Of a stretch of DNA of 64,000 nucleotides, positions 26,705 to 37,168 are shown in pieces; positions within the stretch are counted from its first letter, which is position 1, and every line of letters begins with the position of its first letter. The position numbers and the translations under genes were made by a program. The stretch comes from a virus. The notes beneath the pieces are model-generated. The model ran no database searches. It was given only the letters and a program-made list of their open reading frames with translations, and had not been told where the DNA came from. The DNA is taken from the IMG/VR virus record IMGVR_UViG_3300023179_000058, positions 1-64,000 of that record, one strand, 5' to 3'.

Positions 26705-28126
26705 ATGACTACTTTTGTAGATGCAGTTGTAAACCAAGAAGCCCGTACCGAGAATGGTATGAAGGCTCGCAAGTCTATCGCCAACGCGGTTGTAGATTTG
26801 TTCTATAACGCTGGCGCAAGCCGCGGTAAGAACATTGTGCCAGCATTCTCTGCCGCAATGGCTGAGAATCGTGACCTTGCATTGCGTGTTGCCGCATGGC
26901 TCCGTGATGCGCGAGGTGGTGCTGGTGAGCGTCAATTGTTCCGCGATATTCTAGTGTACCTAGAAAAGAACGATACTGAAGCCGCAAAGGCTTTACTACG
27001 CAAGGTCCCAGAATTGGGGCGTTGGGATGACCTGTTTGTCTTTAATTCTAAAGACATGAAGAATGAGGCATACACTTTGCTTGGCGATGCATTGCGTTCG
27101 CGTAATGGACTTGCCGCTAAGTGGACACCTCGTCAAGGTCCTATCGCAGTTGAAATCCGTAACTTCTTTGGCATGTCTCCAAAGTTCTATCGTAAGTCCC
27201 TAGTCGAATTGACTAAGGTTGTAGAATCTCAGATGTGTGCTAAAGATTGGGACAACATCAACTTTAGCCATGTGCCTTCTGTTGCATCGGCTCGTTATAA
27301 GAAAGCATTCAATCGCAATACTGAAAAGTATGCGGAGTATGTGCAGTCTCTTGTAAAGGGTGACAATCCAGAAGTGAAGGTAAATGCATCCGTTGCATAT
27401 CCATACGATGTGCTTAAAGGTCGCATCGGACACTATGGCGTTACTTTTGACAAGACCGAATTGGACTTGATTCAAAAGCAATGGGAAGCATTGCCTAACT
27501 ATGTTGGCGATGCAAACATCCTCCCACTGGTTGATGTATCTGGCTCTATGTCTTGTCCAGCAGGAAAGAACACAAAACTTTCTTGCCTTGAAGTAGCAGT
27601 CTCTCTGGGATTGTATCTTGCAGACAAGAACACCGGAAAGTTCAAGGACACCTTCTTGACTTTCTCTAACAAGCCAGAGTTGTTGAATCTGAAAGGTAAC
27701 ATCAACCAAAAGATTGATCAAATGATCAAATCTAAGTGGGAGATGAACACCAACCTACATGCCGCATTCAAGAAAATTCTTGATGTTGCAGTAAAGGGTG
27801 GTGTGCCTCAAGAAGAAATGCCAGCAATGGTATTGATTTTGTCTGATATGCAGTTTGATCAATGCATGACCCATGATGATTCTGCAATTCAGATGATTCA
27901 ACGCAAGTACAAAGATGCAGGTTATGAAATGCCACAAGTGGTATTTTGGAACCTAAACGCATCGTACGGCAACGCGCCAGTCAAATTTGACAAAGGCGGC
28001 ACCGCTCTGGTGTCTGGCTTCTCGCCAGCGATTGTGAAGCCACTCTTGTCGGGAGACATTGATAACTTCACACCAGTATCGATCATGCTGAAAACCATCA
28101 TGGATGATCGCTACAAAGTTCTTTAA
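26705..28126 (+). CDS. DUF2828-type TROVE/Ro60-like protein with C-terminal vWA domain
   Basis: RDARGGAGER, GRWDDL and AAKWTPR motifs; MIDAS DVSGSM; LSDMQFD; FWNL. Confidence 0.8.
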   Translation: MTTFVDAVVNQEARTENGMKARKSIANAVVDLFYNAGASRGKNIVPAFSAAMAENRDLALRVAAWLRDARGGAGERQLFRDILVYLEKNDTEAAKALLRKVPELGRWDDLFVFNSKDMKNEAYTLLGDALRSRNGLAAKWTPRQGPIAVEIRNFFGMSPKFYRKSLVELTKVVESQMCAKDWDNINFSHVPSVASARYKKAFNRNTEKYAEYVQSLVKGDNPEVKVNASVAYPYDVLKGRIGHYGVTFDKTELDLIQKQWEALPNYVGDANILPLVDVSGSMSCPAGKNTKLSCLEVAVSLGLYLADKNTGKFKDTFLTFSNKPELLNLKGNINQKIDQMIKSKWEMNTNLHAAFKKILDVAVKGGVPQEEMPAMVLILSDMQFDQCMTHDDSAIQMIQRKYKDAGYEMPQVVFWNLNASYGNAPVKFDKGGTALVSGFSPAIVKPLLSGDIDNFTPVSIMLKTIMDDRYKVL

Positions 28127-28135
28127 GTAGAACGG

Positions 28136-28161
28136 TGAGGATTCGAAAGAGTCCTCATTTT
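28136..28161 (+). terminator. intrinsic terminator
   Basis: TGAGGATTC-GAAA-GAGTCCTCA-TTTT. Confidence 0.7.
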
Positions 28162-28226
28162 CAAGCATACTGTGAGTCGGCTTGCTGATAAACTTTAAGT
28201 AGAGATGGTGTGCTTGAAAATGATAT

Positions 28227-28300
28227 GCGGGTATGATGTAATGGTAACCTGAAACCTTGCCAAGGTTTATTCGCGAGTTCGATTCTCGCTACCCGCTCCA
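28227..28300 (+). tRNA. tRNA-Gly(GCC)
   Basis: TT-GCC-AA; U73; CCA. Confidence 0.9.
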
Positions 28301-28305
28301 ATCAC

Positions 28306-28394
28306 GGAGAGTTGGCAGAGTGGTAATGCACCGGATTGCTAATCCGCCGTTTACGAAAGTAGGCGCATAGGTTCGAATCCTATACTCTCCGCCA
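28306..28394 (+). tRNA. tRNA-Ser(GCU)
   Basis: TT-GCT-AA; long variable arm; CCA. Confidence 0.92.
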
Positions 28395-28407
28395 TAAGGA
28401 TAATGAT

Positions 28408-28557
28408 ATGAAAAAAATAAAAGATTGGGCAATCATATTTGCCATGATGATTTTCACGGCATTGCTTATATACACAGGAGACTTTCTAGGTTGTTATCAT
28501 ATGATAACCTTGTCAACATCATGTGACTGGTTCATTGACATTCAAAACAAATTTTAG
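28408..28557 (+). CDS. small membrane peptide (49 aa)
   Basis: RBS TAAGGA right after the tRNA-Ser CCA; MKKIKDWAIIFAMMIFTALL... Confidence 0.5.
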   Translation: MKKIKDWAIIFAMMIFTALLIYTGDFLGCYHMITLSTSCDWFIDIQNKF

Positions 28558-28571
28558 TATAATAGTATTTT

Positions 28572-28648
28572 GCGGATGTGATGGAATCGGTATACATATC
28601 AGACTTAAAATCTGAGTTTTGTGGGTTCGAGTCCCACCATCCGTACCA
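28572..28648 (+). tRNA. tRNA-Leu(UAA), short variable loop
   Basis: CT-TAA-AA; own promoter TTGACA...TATAAT upstream; CCA. Confidence 0.88.
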
Positions 28649-28667
28649 TTTTTTTAAAGGATTAAAA

Positions 28668-29570
28668 ATGAGAATTGCAGTTTGTTCCGATATTCATCTT
28701 GAATTTGGTCCTATAGAATTAAAGAATACTGATAACGCTGATGTACTTGTACTATCTGGCGACATTTGCGTTGCTAAAGATTTGATGGAACGCGATAGTT
28801 ATAATATTCGTGGCGAAAATGATCGTTCAAACAAATACCATGCCTTCTTTGAAAATTGTGGTGCAGAGTTTTCTAATGTCATTTACATCATGGGTAATCA
28901 TGAACACTACAATGGTGACTATGCCATTACGCATCGTGTTCTCAAAGAGCGTCTTGGTTACATCAAGAATCTTCACATTCTAGATAAAGAAACAGTTCGT
29001 ATTGACGAAGTGACTTTCATTGGCGGCACTCTTTGGACTGATATGAACAAAGAAGACCCTATGACTTTGCATGGCATTCGCAGAATGATGAATGACTTCC
29101 GTTGTGTAGACAATAGCAACAATATGGTTTCATACAAAGTGTATGATTATGCGAAACGCGAAGATGGTACCGATGACTATTCGAAAACTACTGGTGTGAC
29201 ATTTAAAGAAAGACCTGCAATGTTCACGCCTGAAGATGCGGTTGTAGATCATAAGGCGATGGTTGAGTTCATTCGTCAAACAATCGCAGAGAATCCTACG
29301 CATAAGTATGTTGTGTGTGGGCATCATGCACCAAGTCGTTCGTCAACTCACCCTCGCTATAAGAAAGATGTTTTGATGAATGGTGGCTATAGTTCTAGTC
29401 TTGATGAGTTTATCATCGACAATCCACGAATCAAACTATGGACTCACGGTCATACTCATGAAGACTTTGACTACATGATTGGTAGCACTCGTATTGTTTG
29501 CAACCCTCGTGGCTATATTAACTACGAAGGACGCGCAGATCATTTTGAATTAAAAACTTTTGAAATTTAA
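28668..29570 (+). CDS. calcineurin-like metallophosphoesterase
   Basis: SDIHLE, GDI, GNHE, HH and HGHTH motifs; true start lies after tRNA-Leu. Confidence 0.88.
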   Translation: MRIAVCSDIHLEFGPIELKNTDNADVLVLSGDICVAKDLMERDSYNIRGENDRSNKYHAFFENCGAEFSNVIYIMGNHEHYNGDYAITHRVLKERLGYIKNLHILDKETVRIDEVTFIGGTLWTDMNKEDPMTLHGIRRMMNDFRCVDNSNNMVSYKVYDYAKREDGTDDYSKTTGVTFKERPAMFTPEDAVVDHKAMVEFIRQTIAENPTHKYVVCGHHAPSRSSTHPRYKKDVLMNGGYSSSLDEFIIDNPRIKLWTHGHTHEDFDYMIGSTRIVCNPRGYINYEGRADHFELKTFEI

Positions 29571-29597
29571 GAAGACTGTGTTTTGATGGAGTGATTT

Positions 29598-30008
29598 ATG
29601 GATTGCATGGTAATTGGAGATAGTATTGCAGTAGGCGTTGCAATGTATCGCCCGGAGTGTGTAAGTTATAGCAGAGGTGGTTGGAATTCTTGGCAATGGA
29701 ATAAAGACTATCTTGCACATGCAACAACTAAACCTTACGAAACAATTATCATTAGTCTAGGCGCGAATGATCATGCCGGAGTGAAGACTGAAGCCGAATT
29801 GCGTAAAATGCGTTCGGCTATCAAAGGTAAGCGAGTATTTTGGATTGATCCAGGTCAAGATCGTAAGCCAGTTCCGCACGATGCAATTGTACGCATTGCC
29901 GCAGAGTATGGCGATACAATCTTGCCAAGACCTAAAGATCACATGAGTGCCGATAAGATTCATCCTACTGGCACAGGTTACAAAATTTTAGGTAATCAAA
30001 CCAAATAA
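29598..30008 (+). CDS. SGNH/GDSL hydrolase
   Basis: GDSI, SLGAND and DKIHP motifs. Confidence 0.8.
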   Translation: MDCMVIGDSIAVGVAMYRPECVSYSRGGWNSWQWNKDYLAHATTKPYETIIISLGANDHAGVKTEAELRKMRSAIKGKRVFWIDPGQDRKPVPHDAIVRIAAEYGDTILPRPKDHMSADKIHPTGTGYKILGNQTK

Positions 30009-30014
30009 TCTGGT

Positions 30015-30728
30015 TTAATTCCAGTATCTATTATGGTATAAACTTTCCCAATATTTTTTGTTATTGCGATTAACAAAATTTTTAACAAGATATTTGCCCA
30101 TACCTAAGTAGCCCATCTTTTTAAATCTACGGCTATCTTGTCCAAAGTGGTGTCGAATAATCTTAAACTTTCTAGGATTATATTTTTTAGACAAAAAGTA
30201 GTCTTCAGATGTTAATAGATTTTCAGGAAACCCACCATACTCTTCAAACTTATCTTTGCGGGTCAGCATAAATGCACCTACAGCAAATGGGCTAAAGAAT
30301 TTTAGTGTGTGATTGACTATATTAAATGCTGTAAATCCAATCTTGGCTCGTATATCTTTATCGTAACATTTGATGTTTAGTCCAATAAGATGAAGGTTCT
30401 TTGATTCCATTTTGTTAACAGCATCTCTAATAACTGTATCTTTAAAGAATCGAACATCAGCATCAATAAACAGAATATACGGAGTAGTGACTAGTCTTGC
30501 TCCGTTGTTCTTAGCAATAGACACCGGACCACCATCAATAATTTCAACATTCAGTCCAATACTGTTATCCTTAATAACTTGTCTAGTGGAATCGGTTGAA
30601 CAATCAGCAATGATTACTCTAGTGTTGCCTATATTTTGTGAGCGTAGTGAATCTAGTAGATGATGAATATAATTTTCTTCATTCTTACAAGGCACAACAA
30701 TAGTAATTTTATCACACAATTTTATCAT
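30015..30728 (-). CDS. family 2 glycosyltransferase
   Basis: VVPCKNEE, FIDAD and SED motifs. Confidence 0.88.
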   Translation of the reverse strand: MIKLCDKITIVVPCKNEENYIHHLLDSLRSQNIGNTRVIIADCSTDSTRQVIKDNSIGLNVEIIDGGPVSIAKNNGARLVTTPYILFIDADVRFFKDTVIRDAVNKMESKNLHLIGLNIKCYDKDIRAKIGFTAFNIVNHTLKFFSPFAVGAFMLTRKDKFEEYGGFPENLLTSEDYFLSKKYNPRKFKIIRHHFGQDSRRFKKMGYLGMGKYLVKNFVNRNNKKYWESLYHNRYWN

Positions 30729-31476
30729 TGTCTTTTTCCTTGGTCCAAGTTATAATTTCCCATCGGCCGCTATGATGTTCTACAAGTGCTGTACAACTTT
30801 CAACCCAATCGCCATCATTCATATACATAACACCATTAATTTCTTTAATCTCTGCGTGGTGTATGTGTCCGCATATAACTCCATCAAAACCTCGCTTCTT
30901 ACAGTAATTGGCTAAGTTTTCTTCAAACTTGAACATAAAGTCTACTGCCTTTTTAACTCTGTGCTTGAGATATTTACTGAGACTCCAATATCCAAACCCC
31001 ATCTTGTGCCGCAGCCAGTTATACCTACTATTGGCAGAAAGAATAAAGTCATATGCTTTATCTCCTAAGAAGGCTAACCACGGGGCAAGTTTAGTAATGC
31101 CATCAAATAAGTCACCATGTGTAACTAGATAATGCTTACCATCTGCACCTATATGTTCTATTTGATTGTGAATTTCAACAAGACCAAAACTAAAACCATA
31201 TGGTATCATTGGTCTAAGAAACTCATCGTGATTACCGGCTATATAAACAACTCTAGTGCCATGTTTTGCGTGACCTAATATTCTACGCACTACCTTGGTA
31301 TGACTTTGTTTCCATCGCCACTTGTTTTGTTGTATGCGCCATGCATCAATAATATCACCCACTAGATATAGTGTGTCACAACTGTTATGCTTTAAAAAAT
31401 TATTTAACTTATCCGCTTGACTATCTTTCGTGCCTAAATGCACATCACTCAAAAAAATAGAACGATATTTTTTCAT
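30712..31476 (-). CDS. UDP-2,3-diacylglucosamine hydrolase (LpxH-like metallophosphoesterase)
   Basis: SDVHLG, GDIID, GNHD, HGD, CGHIH and NDGDW motifs. Confidence 0.85.
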   Translation of the reverse strand: MKKYRSIFLSDVHLGTKDSQADKLNNFLKHNSCDTLYLVGDIIDAWRIQQNKWRWKQSHTKVVRRILGHAKHGTRVVYIAGNHDEFLRPMIPYGFSFGLVEIHNQIEHIGADGKHYLVTHGDLFDGITKLAPWLAFLGDKAYDFILSANSRYNWLRHKMGFGYWSLSKYLKHRVKKAVDFMFKFEENLANYCKKRGFDGVICGHIHHAEIKEINGVMYMNDGDWVESCTALVEHHSGRWEIITWTKEKDNDKIV

Positions 31477-32884
31477 ATAATCCCATTTGTGTTACTCCCC
31501 CTTTTGTTTTGAGGTTTTCCATACATGACAAAAAGGATCAATTTTATACTTATTTAGTCAATATACCATTTCCGTGTTGTTGTTTTTTAGAGACAAAACT
31601 GTTGTTTTTATGCAACACTAAAAAAAGTTCTTGACTTTTTCCATGAAAGGTGTAGAATAGGTACTGTAGTGAGAAAGAAAGAGAGAAAAAAATGACTTTT
31701 CTGATGATTCTTCTGGTTCTGTTTACGGTGATGATACTGATTGGTTTTGTTGCCGCTTATAGTGGTTCTGTTAAAACTTTGGGATAATTGATATGCGTAC
31801 AAAGCAACTAATTTCTGGCTTGAATAACAACCAAAAAATCCGTGTGATTTGCGAAGGTGTGATGTTTAACACCACCGTCAAGGATGCCCTTGAAGGCATG
31901 GGAATCTATCACCAACGGGTCGCGGTGTTTTCGGCTCTGAATTCGCTAGGTTGTGACCAGCGCCTGCCTTTGGGTCAACGCCCGACTGGTTTCGGTAGCC
32001 GTATTCGGTCGTACAAGGCTGACGGAACTATTGCCGAGGTTGATGTTCAGGTTGACTTGTTGTAAAAAAACAACACACTTGACACTTGCCAAGAATCGTG
32101 TATAATTGATCCTGTAGTGATTGAAACGGAGAGAAAAATGATCGTAGCAGTTACCAAATCCCAACCCTTCGGCAATGAAGTCCTTGCAACCTTTACTTCC
32201 CTTGCCGCCGCTGAAGCGTTTGCCGAGACTATGCTCGGCGATCCTGGAATCAGCCTTGTCGAATGCAAGTTGGTTGTCGGTCCTTTTGGTATGAAAATGT
32301 TGCCTGTTGCGTAAAAACAACAGGGTTGACAATTGCCAAGAGTCCTGTATAATAGAATCTGTTGAGTGAGAAAGGAAAACGAAATGGCTAAAGTTGATTA
32401 TGTGAATGTTGAAGATGGTTGCATTGAATTCTACGCCGGACTTGGCAACCTTGTTGTGAAGTCCAATGACCGGTTGGTCCTAGCCCAAGCGGTGATTGAT
32501 GCTGGCGGATTTGCCGATGCGGTCTACGGCTCGTCCTCATGCGATTTTGCTACCGAGTACGGATTCCCTACTCAGTTTGCCTACGATAAACTTTTTAAAG
32601 ATGTTTGTGAATTGGTGTAATTATGATGAAAATTGAAACCGCTATCGGTATCCTCGAAAAAGAACGACAATTCTTGGGCTTGGGCTTTTTGGAATTGTTG
32701 CAGGACATTCAAGCCAACGGCAAAATGATTTACTCGGAACGGGTTATGGAAGCCTTTGACCGGTTCATGATTGACGGTCGCCGGATGTTCGCACCTGTTG
32801 CGTAAAAACAACACTTTTGCTGGTGCTTGACAGGACGGCAAAATCCTGTATAATAGGTACTGTACTGATTGATGAGGACTTGAT

Positions 32885-33622
32885 ATGAAATTGCTTTCGA
32901 CCGGAAACCCCAAAATTCTCAAGGGCATGGCTCAAGGTTACAATACCTACATTCTGCACCTTGCACCGGCTGATGTAAGCGGTTACGAAACCTGTCCTAA
33001 GCGTACCGCCGGTTGTACTGCCGCTTGCCTGAATACGGCTGGTCGTGGTGGTATGTTCAAGCGTGGCGAAACCACTAATGTGATCCAAGAGGCACGGAAG
33101 CGTAAGACCCGTTTGTTTTTTGAGAACCGCGGCGCCTTTATGCTTCAACTTTACCTTGATATTAAAAAGGCAATCAAGCAATCCGAAAAACTTGGCTTGA
33201 TTCCTGTGTTCCGTTTGAACGGCACTTCGGATATTGCATGGGAAAAGTATGAGGTTCAGGACGGCAAGAACATTTTTCAAATGTTTCCGAATGTGACTTT
33301 TTATGACTACACCAAAATGTTGAATCGTAAAGGTCGCGCCCTGCCGAATTATCACCTGACATTCTCTGCCGCGGACGGCAATGATGCCGATGTTGCAAAG
33401 GCTATTGAACAAGGGTATAATGTTGCTACGGTGTTCGGTATCAAGAAAACCCTGCCAATGCCTGAGACTTACATGGGCTTGCCTGTGTTCAATGGTGATG
33501 ATTCCGACCTGCGTTTCCTTGATCCGAACGGTGTTGTGGTTGGCTTGTACGCAAAAGGCAAGGCTAAGAAGGACACCAGCGGTTTTGTGAAGTTTCCTAC
33601 TATTATGATGAAAGCGGCTTAA
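32885..33622 (+). CDS. phage Gp88-like protein (Cys cluster, radical-SAM-like)
   Basis: CPKRTAGCTAACL, RLNGTSD, FYDYTK and DGDDSDLRF-type motifs. Confidence 0.7.
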   Translation: MKLLSTGNPKILKGMAQGYNTYILHLAPADVSGYETCPKRTAGCTAACLNTAGRGGMFKRGETTNVIQEARKRKTRLFFENRGAFMLQLYLDIKKAIKQSEKLGLIPVFRLNGTSDIAWEKYEVQDGKNIFQMFPNVTFYDYTKMLNRKGRALPNYHLTFSAADGNDADVAKAIEQGYNVATVFGIKKTLPMPETYMGLPVFNGDDSDLRFLDPNGVVVGLYAKGKAKKDTSGFVKFPTIMMKAA

Positions 33623-33623
33623 T

Positions 33624-34130
33624 ATGACAACCAAAAATTTAAAATCTATTCCTGGATTCTCTGGTTATAGCGTAGATAAACTTGGAAACATTTATTCATC
33701 CAAGAGAAATAAACAAACAAAACTGAATCCTTATGTTACCATTAATGGGTACAATAAAGTATCATTGGCAAGTGATGCTGGGATAATAAAACACTTTCAG
33801 TTGCACCGATTAATAGCACAATGTTTCATTGAAAATCCTAAAAATTTACCTATCGTTAATCATAAGAATGGTAAGAAAACGGATAACCGAGTTGTAAATT
33901 TAGAGTGGACCGATGCGAAAGGAAATGCAAGGCACTATCAAAAATATTTGAAGCCTAAGACTAAGAAAATTCAAAAAAATATAAAAAAAGAAAATGAAGA
34001 TTATTTTAACAAGCATTATGAAAATATGGCTGATGTTATGGACAAATTAGTGCGTGTCTATGGCGAAGACAATCCACGATTAGTGTGTAAAATATACAAA
34101 GTCATGGCTGGAATAGATGGTAATGAATAG
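33624..34130 (+). CDS. HNH homing endonuclease (NUMOD4-HNH type)
   Basis: HRLIA...VNHKNGKKTDNRVVNLEW; AT-richer than its flanks. Confidence 0.85.
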   Translation: MTTKNLKSIPGFSGYSVDKLGNIYSSKRNKQTKLNPYVTINGYNKVSLASDAGIIKHFQLHRLIAQCFIENPKNLPIVNHKNGKKTDNRVVNLEWTDAKGNARHYQKYLKPKTKKIQKNIKKENEDYFNKHYENMADVMDKLVRVYGEDNPRLVCKIYKVMAGIDGNE

Positions 34131-34603
34131 TCAAGAAATTCAAACCGCAGTCTACGAGTGGGCATGTGGTAAAAACTTTACCGCGCCCTACGGCGTTCTG
34201 ACTGGTGAATACAAGAGCAAGAAAGGTGCCAAGTATCGTGCCGTGACTTTTGGTCGCGCAAGAACTTTGGATGCTACTGTTGAGATTTACAATCGAAACT
34301 TTATAATTCTCAGAACCAGCCGCGATGGTTCCGAAGTGTTCAATGATTATGTTACTTTGATGGCTAGATTGGAGGCATTGTGATCCGCAGTAAACGGAAA
34401 AACGAAATGATTGTTATTGACCTGACTGGTCCGCAAGGCAATGCATTTTATTTGATGGGTGTGGTGCTGAAAACTTTTCGGCAATCTGGTGCGCCAGAAC
34501 TAGGCGAAGCCATTGTTGCTGAAATGAAAAAAGGTGACTATGAACACCTAGTAAAAACTTTTGATTTGTATCTTGGTGAACATTTTATTTTGGAGCGTTA
34601 AAA

Positions 34604-34975
34604 ATGGGAACACGGTCTTTGACTTTTGTGTATGATGGCAATCAACCTGTATTGAATTTGTATCGCCAATTCGATGGCTATCCGTCAGGACACGGAGCCG
34701 AACTTGCTGAATTTTTGAGTGGGTTCGAAGTAGTGAATGGTTATGGCGAAGTGAAGCCTAAACTTGCAAACGGCATGGGTTGCCTTGCCGCGCAGTTGGT
34801 TGCACACTTCAAACAATCTGTTGGTGGATTCTACATTTATCCTGTAACCTCGACCGATTGTTGGCAGGACTATGAGTACCATGTGTACGAAGATAAAGTG
34901 GTTGTGAAAAATCCGACCGAAGTTATCTTTAGCGGAACATGGGAAGACCTTGATGGGTTTTGCAAAGATGAGTAA
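34604..34975 (+). CDS. hypothetical protein (MGTRS...YRQFDGYP)
   Basis: Common early phage ORF type. Confidence 0.65.
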   Translation: MGTRSLTFVYDGNQPVLNLYRQFDGYPSGHGAELAEFLSGFEVVNGYGEVKPKLANGMGCLAAQLVAHFKQSVGGFYIYPVTSTDCWQDYEYHVYEDKVVVKNPTEVIFSGTWEDLDGFCKDE

Positions 34976-36171
34976 AGAAAGAGTTTTTGTAGATATGGAG
35001 ATTTAAAAGTGAATCAAAAAATTAAAGAACTATCCAAAGAGGCTTACGAAGCCGTGATTGAAAATACTCCGAGTATGCTAGTCACTAGAGAAATGTTTGA
35101 GCAAAAGTTTGCCGACTTAATTCTATCGGAAGTTTTAGCCATTTGCGAAGACTTTGGCGACCAAGGTAAAGACGGACATTATTGTGCTGACGAAATTGCC
35201 AGAACATTTTTGAGGTGAACTGTGGGAACGAATTACTATGTCGCAAAAAATCTTTGCGAATGTTGCAATCGATATGATGAAGAGTACCACATTGGTAAAT
35301 CGTCATATGGTTGGGCGTTTTCTTTTCAAGGCTATCGTATTGAGAGGCTAGTATCTTGGCGCGCATGGAAAGAATTTCTCAAAGACAAAGTGATTATGGA
35401 TGAGTATGGAGAACGAAAAGATTACGATTGGTTTGTCCATATGATTGAAACATACAAAGCGCCTGGTTATGTGCGAGAGGATGGTCATAAAAATCTCCAA
35501 CATAATGAGCAGGGAAAAATTGATAAGCGCCCATGGTTCAATCCTGAATACGATTGGGATGACGAAGATGGTTATGCTTTTTGTTCTAGAGAATTTTCAT
35601 AAAGGAGAAGTGTATGTCTGGTTTTCAAAGTAAGCGAATGATGGCGGCAAGCCGCGAATCCGAATTTTCGGAATTGCCGATTGAGGAATATGCGAGGGCA
35701 TTGTTTGATGCAACCTTAGCCCTTGATGATAGCAATACCCTTACCCCTACGCCGCAACAAAATCTCATTTGGTTGCAAGCCTTGTCGGAAATGTGGGTGC
35801 GCCAGTCTAGGGAAGAAGTAAGTACTCGCTAACTTGTTGATTTTGCTAGTGTTGTTTTTATGCAACAACCAAAAATAGTGCTTGACAAGTGGTTCGGACT
35901 TTGGTAAGATATGCTTATGTTGATTGAGAGAGGTTCGAATGTCTAGATTTTTGAGAGAAATGGATGCCCGCCGTGCGCGGTCTACAATGATCCGCGAAGC
36001 CATGCGGGCGTATGAAGATTCCTGCCGCGCCGAGTATGGTTCGCCCTACGCCGCGATGGCTGGTGTGCTAGAGTCCTTACTGACTGGCCTTGCGGCTGAC
36101 CGGTTAGATTCTACTGAAGATGTTGTCCGTACTTTGAAATCCTTGACCAAGACTAAACTGGAGAATGCATA

Positions 36172-36588
36172 ATGGCTTACATGTCCCAAGAAAAGAAAGC
36201 AAAAATTTCGGCTCTGTTAAAACCGATCCTTGCAAAATACAAAGTGAAGGGTTCGCTAAGTGTGCGTAACCATTCCTCGATTTGCTTAACCCTAAAGTCT
36301 GGTGAAATTGACTTTATCGGCAATAGCAATAAAGTTTGTGGTAGCAACTTCTATCAAGTCCAGCGTGGGTTCAAACCTAACACCAGCGGCTATGATCAAG
36401 TGAATCCGTATTGGTTTCAAGACCACTACGATGGCAAGGCTAAGGCATTTTTGACCGAAGCCTTTAAGGCTCTGAAAGGTGCGGGCTGGTATGATAATTC
36501 GGATGCAATGACCGATTATTTTGATACCGCGTACTATGTTGATGTGAGTATCGGAAAATGGAACAAACCCTACGAATTGACAAAATAA
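36172..36588 (+). CDS. hypothetical protein
   Basis: DNSDAMTDYF motif; RBS GGAG. Confidence 0.65.
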   Translation: MAYMSQEKKAKISALLKPILAKYKVKGSLSVRNHSSICLTLKSGEIDFIGNSNKVCGSNFYQVQRGFKPNTSGYDQVNPYWFQDHYDGKAKAFLTEAFKALKGAGWYDNSDAMTDYFDTAYYVDVSIGKWNKPYELTK

Positions 36589-36993
36589 AGCGCCGCGATT
36601 TTGTAGCCAAGGACCTGCGTACACCGAAGTACCGTATGCGGGTAGTTGGCGACAAGCGTAAGCGTGATCCAAAACACAAATGGAAATTATATGAATCCTG
36701 AACCAATGAGCATCCGTAGATCGGTGGCTGAGGAAATTCTGGACACGATTTACTTTGGGAATCTCGATTCTATCAAAGGCGCCAAAGGGCGCAAGTTTAG
36801 CAAAGTGAACACCGGACAAAAGGACGCATATATGCTCCCGTTCGGTTTCTCGAAGGACTGCTATGGTGCGGTCCTTGTGCATACCCCTAACCGAATTGAG
36901 GTTGTGACAAGGATTCGAGGCACGGAACGGAAAAACAGTTTCCGATCCGCGTATGATACAAAGGTCTTTTTGTGCCGTTCTTTTGTCAATCGG

Positions 36994-37162
36994 TGACCGG
37001 TTTTCCGGGCTTTTGGGCGGCTTTTGGGACTGGATGCTACTGAGACCCTACCCCCTAGCGGAAAACCGCCCAAAACCGCCCTATAAGTTGTTGTTTTTAC
37101 ACAACATGTTGCAAAAATACAACAAAAAAGTACTTGACAAGGGTATCCGGCTTTGGTATACT
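36994..37162 (+). repeat. GC-rich stem-loop/promoter cassette, copy 1
   Basis: 32-nt identity with 43118-43149; GGGCGG/CCGCCC stem, two tandem boxes, TTGACA promoter. Confidence 0.8.
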
Positions 37163-37168
37163 GTAAGT

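Noticed and set aside
28578-28667. N-terminal extension of the metallophosphoesterase in the ORF track
   Set aside because: It overlaps tRNA-Leu(UAA); the RBS supports ATG at 28668.
32765-33634. 289-aa minus-strand ORF and similar long antisense ORFs (2127-2690, 27200-27721, 36292-36882)
   Set aside because: They are antisense shadows of well-supported plus-strand genes with no recognisable motifs.
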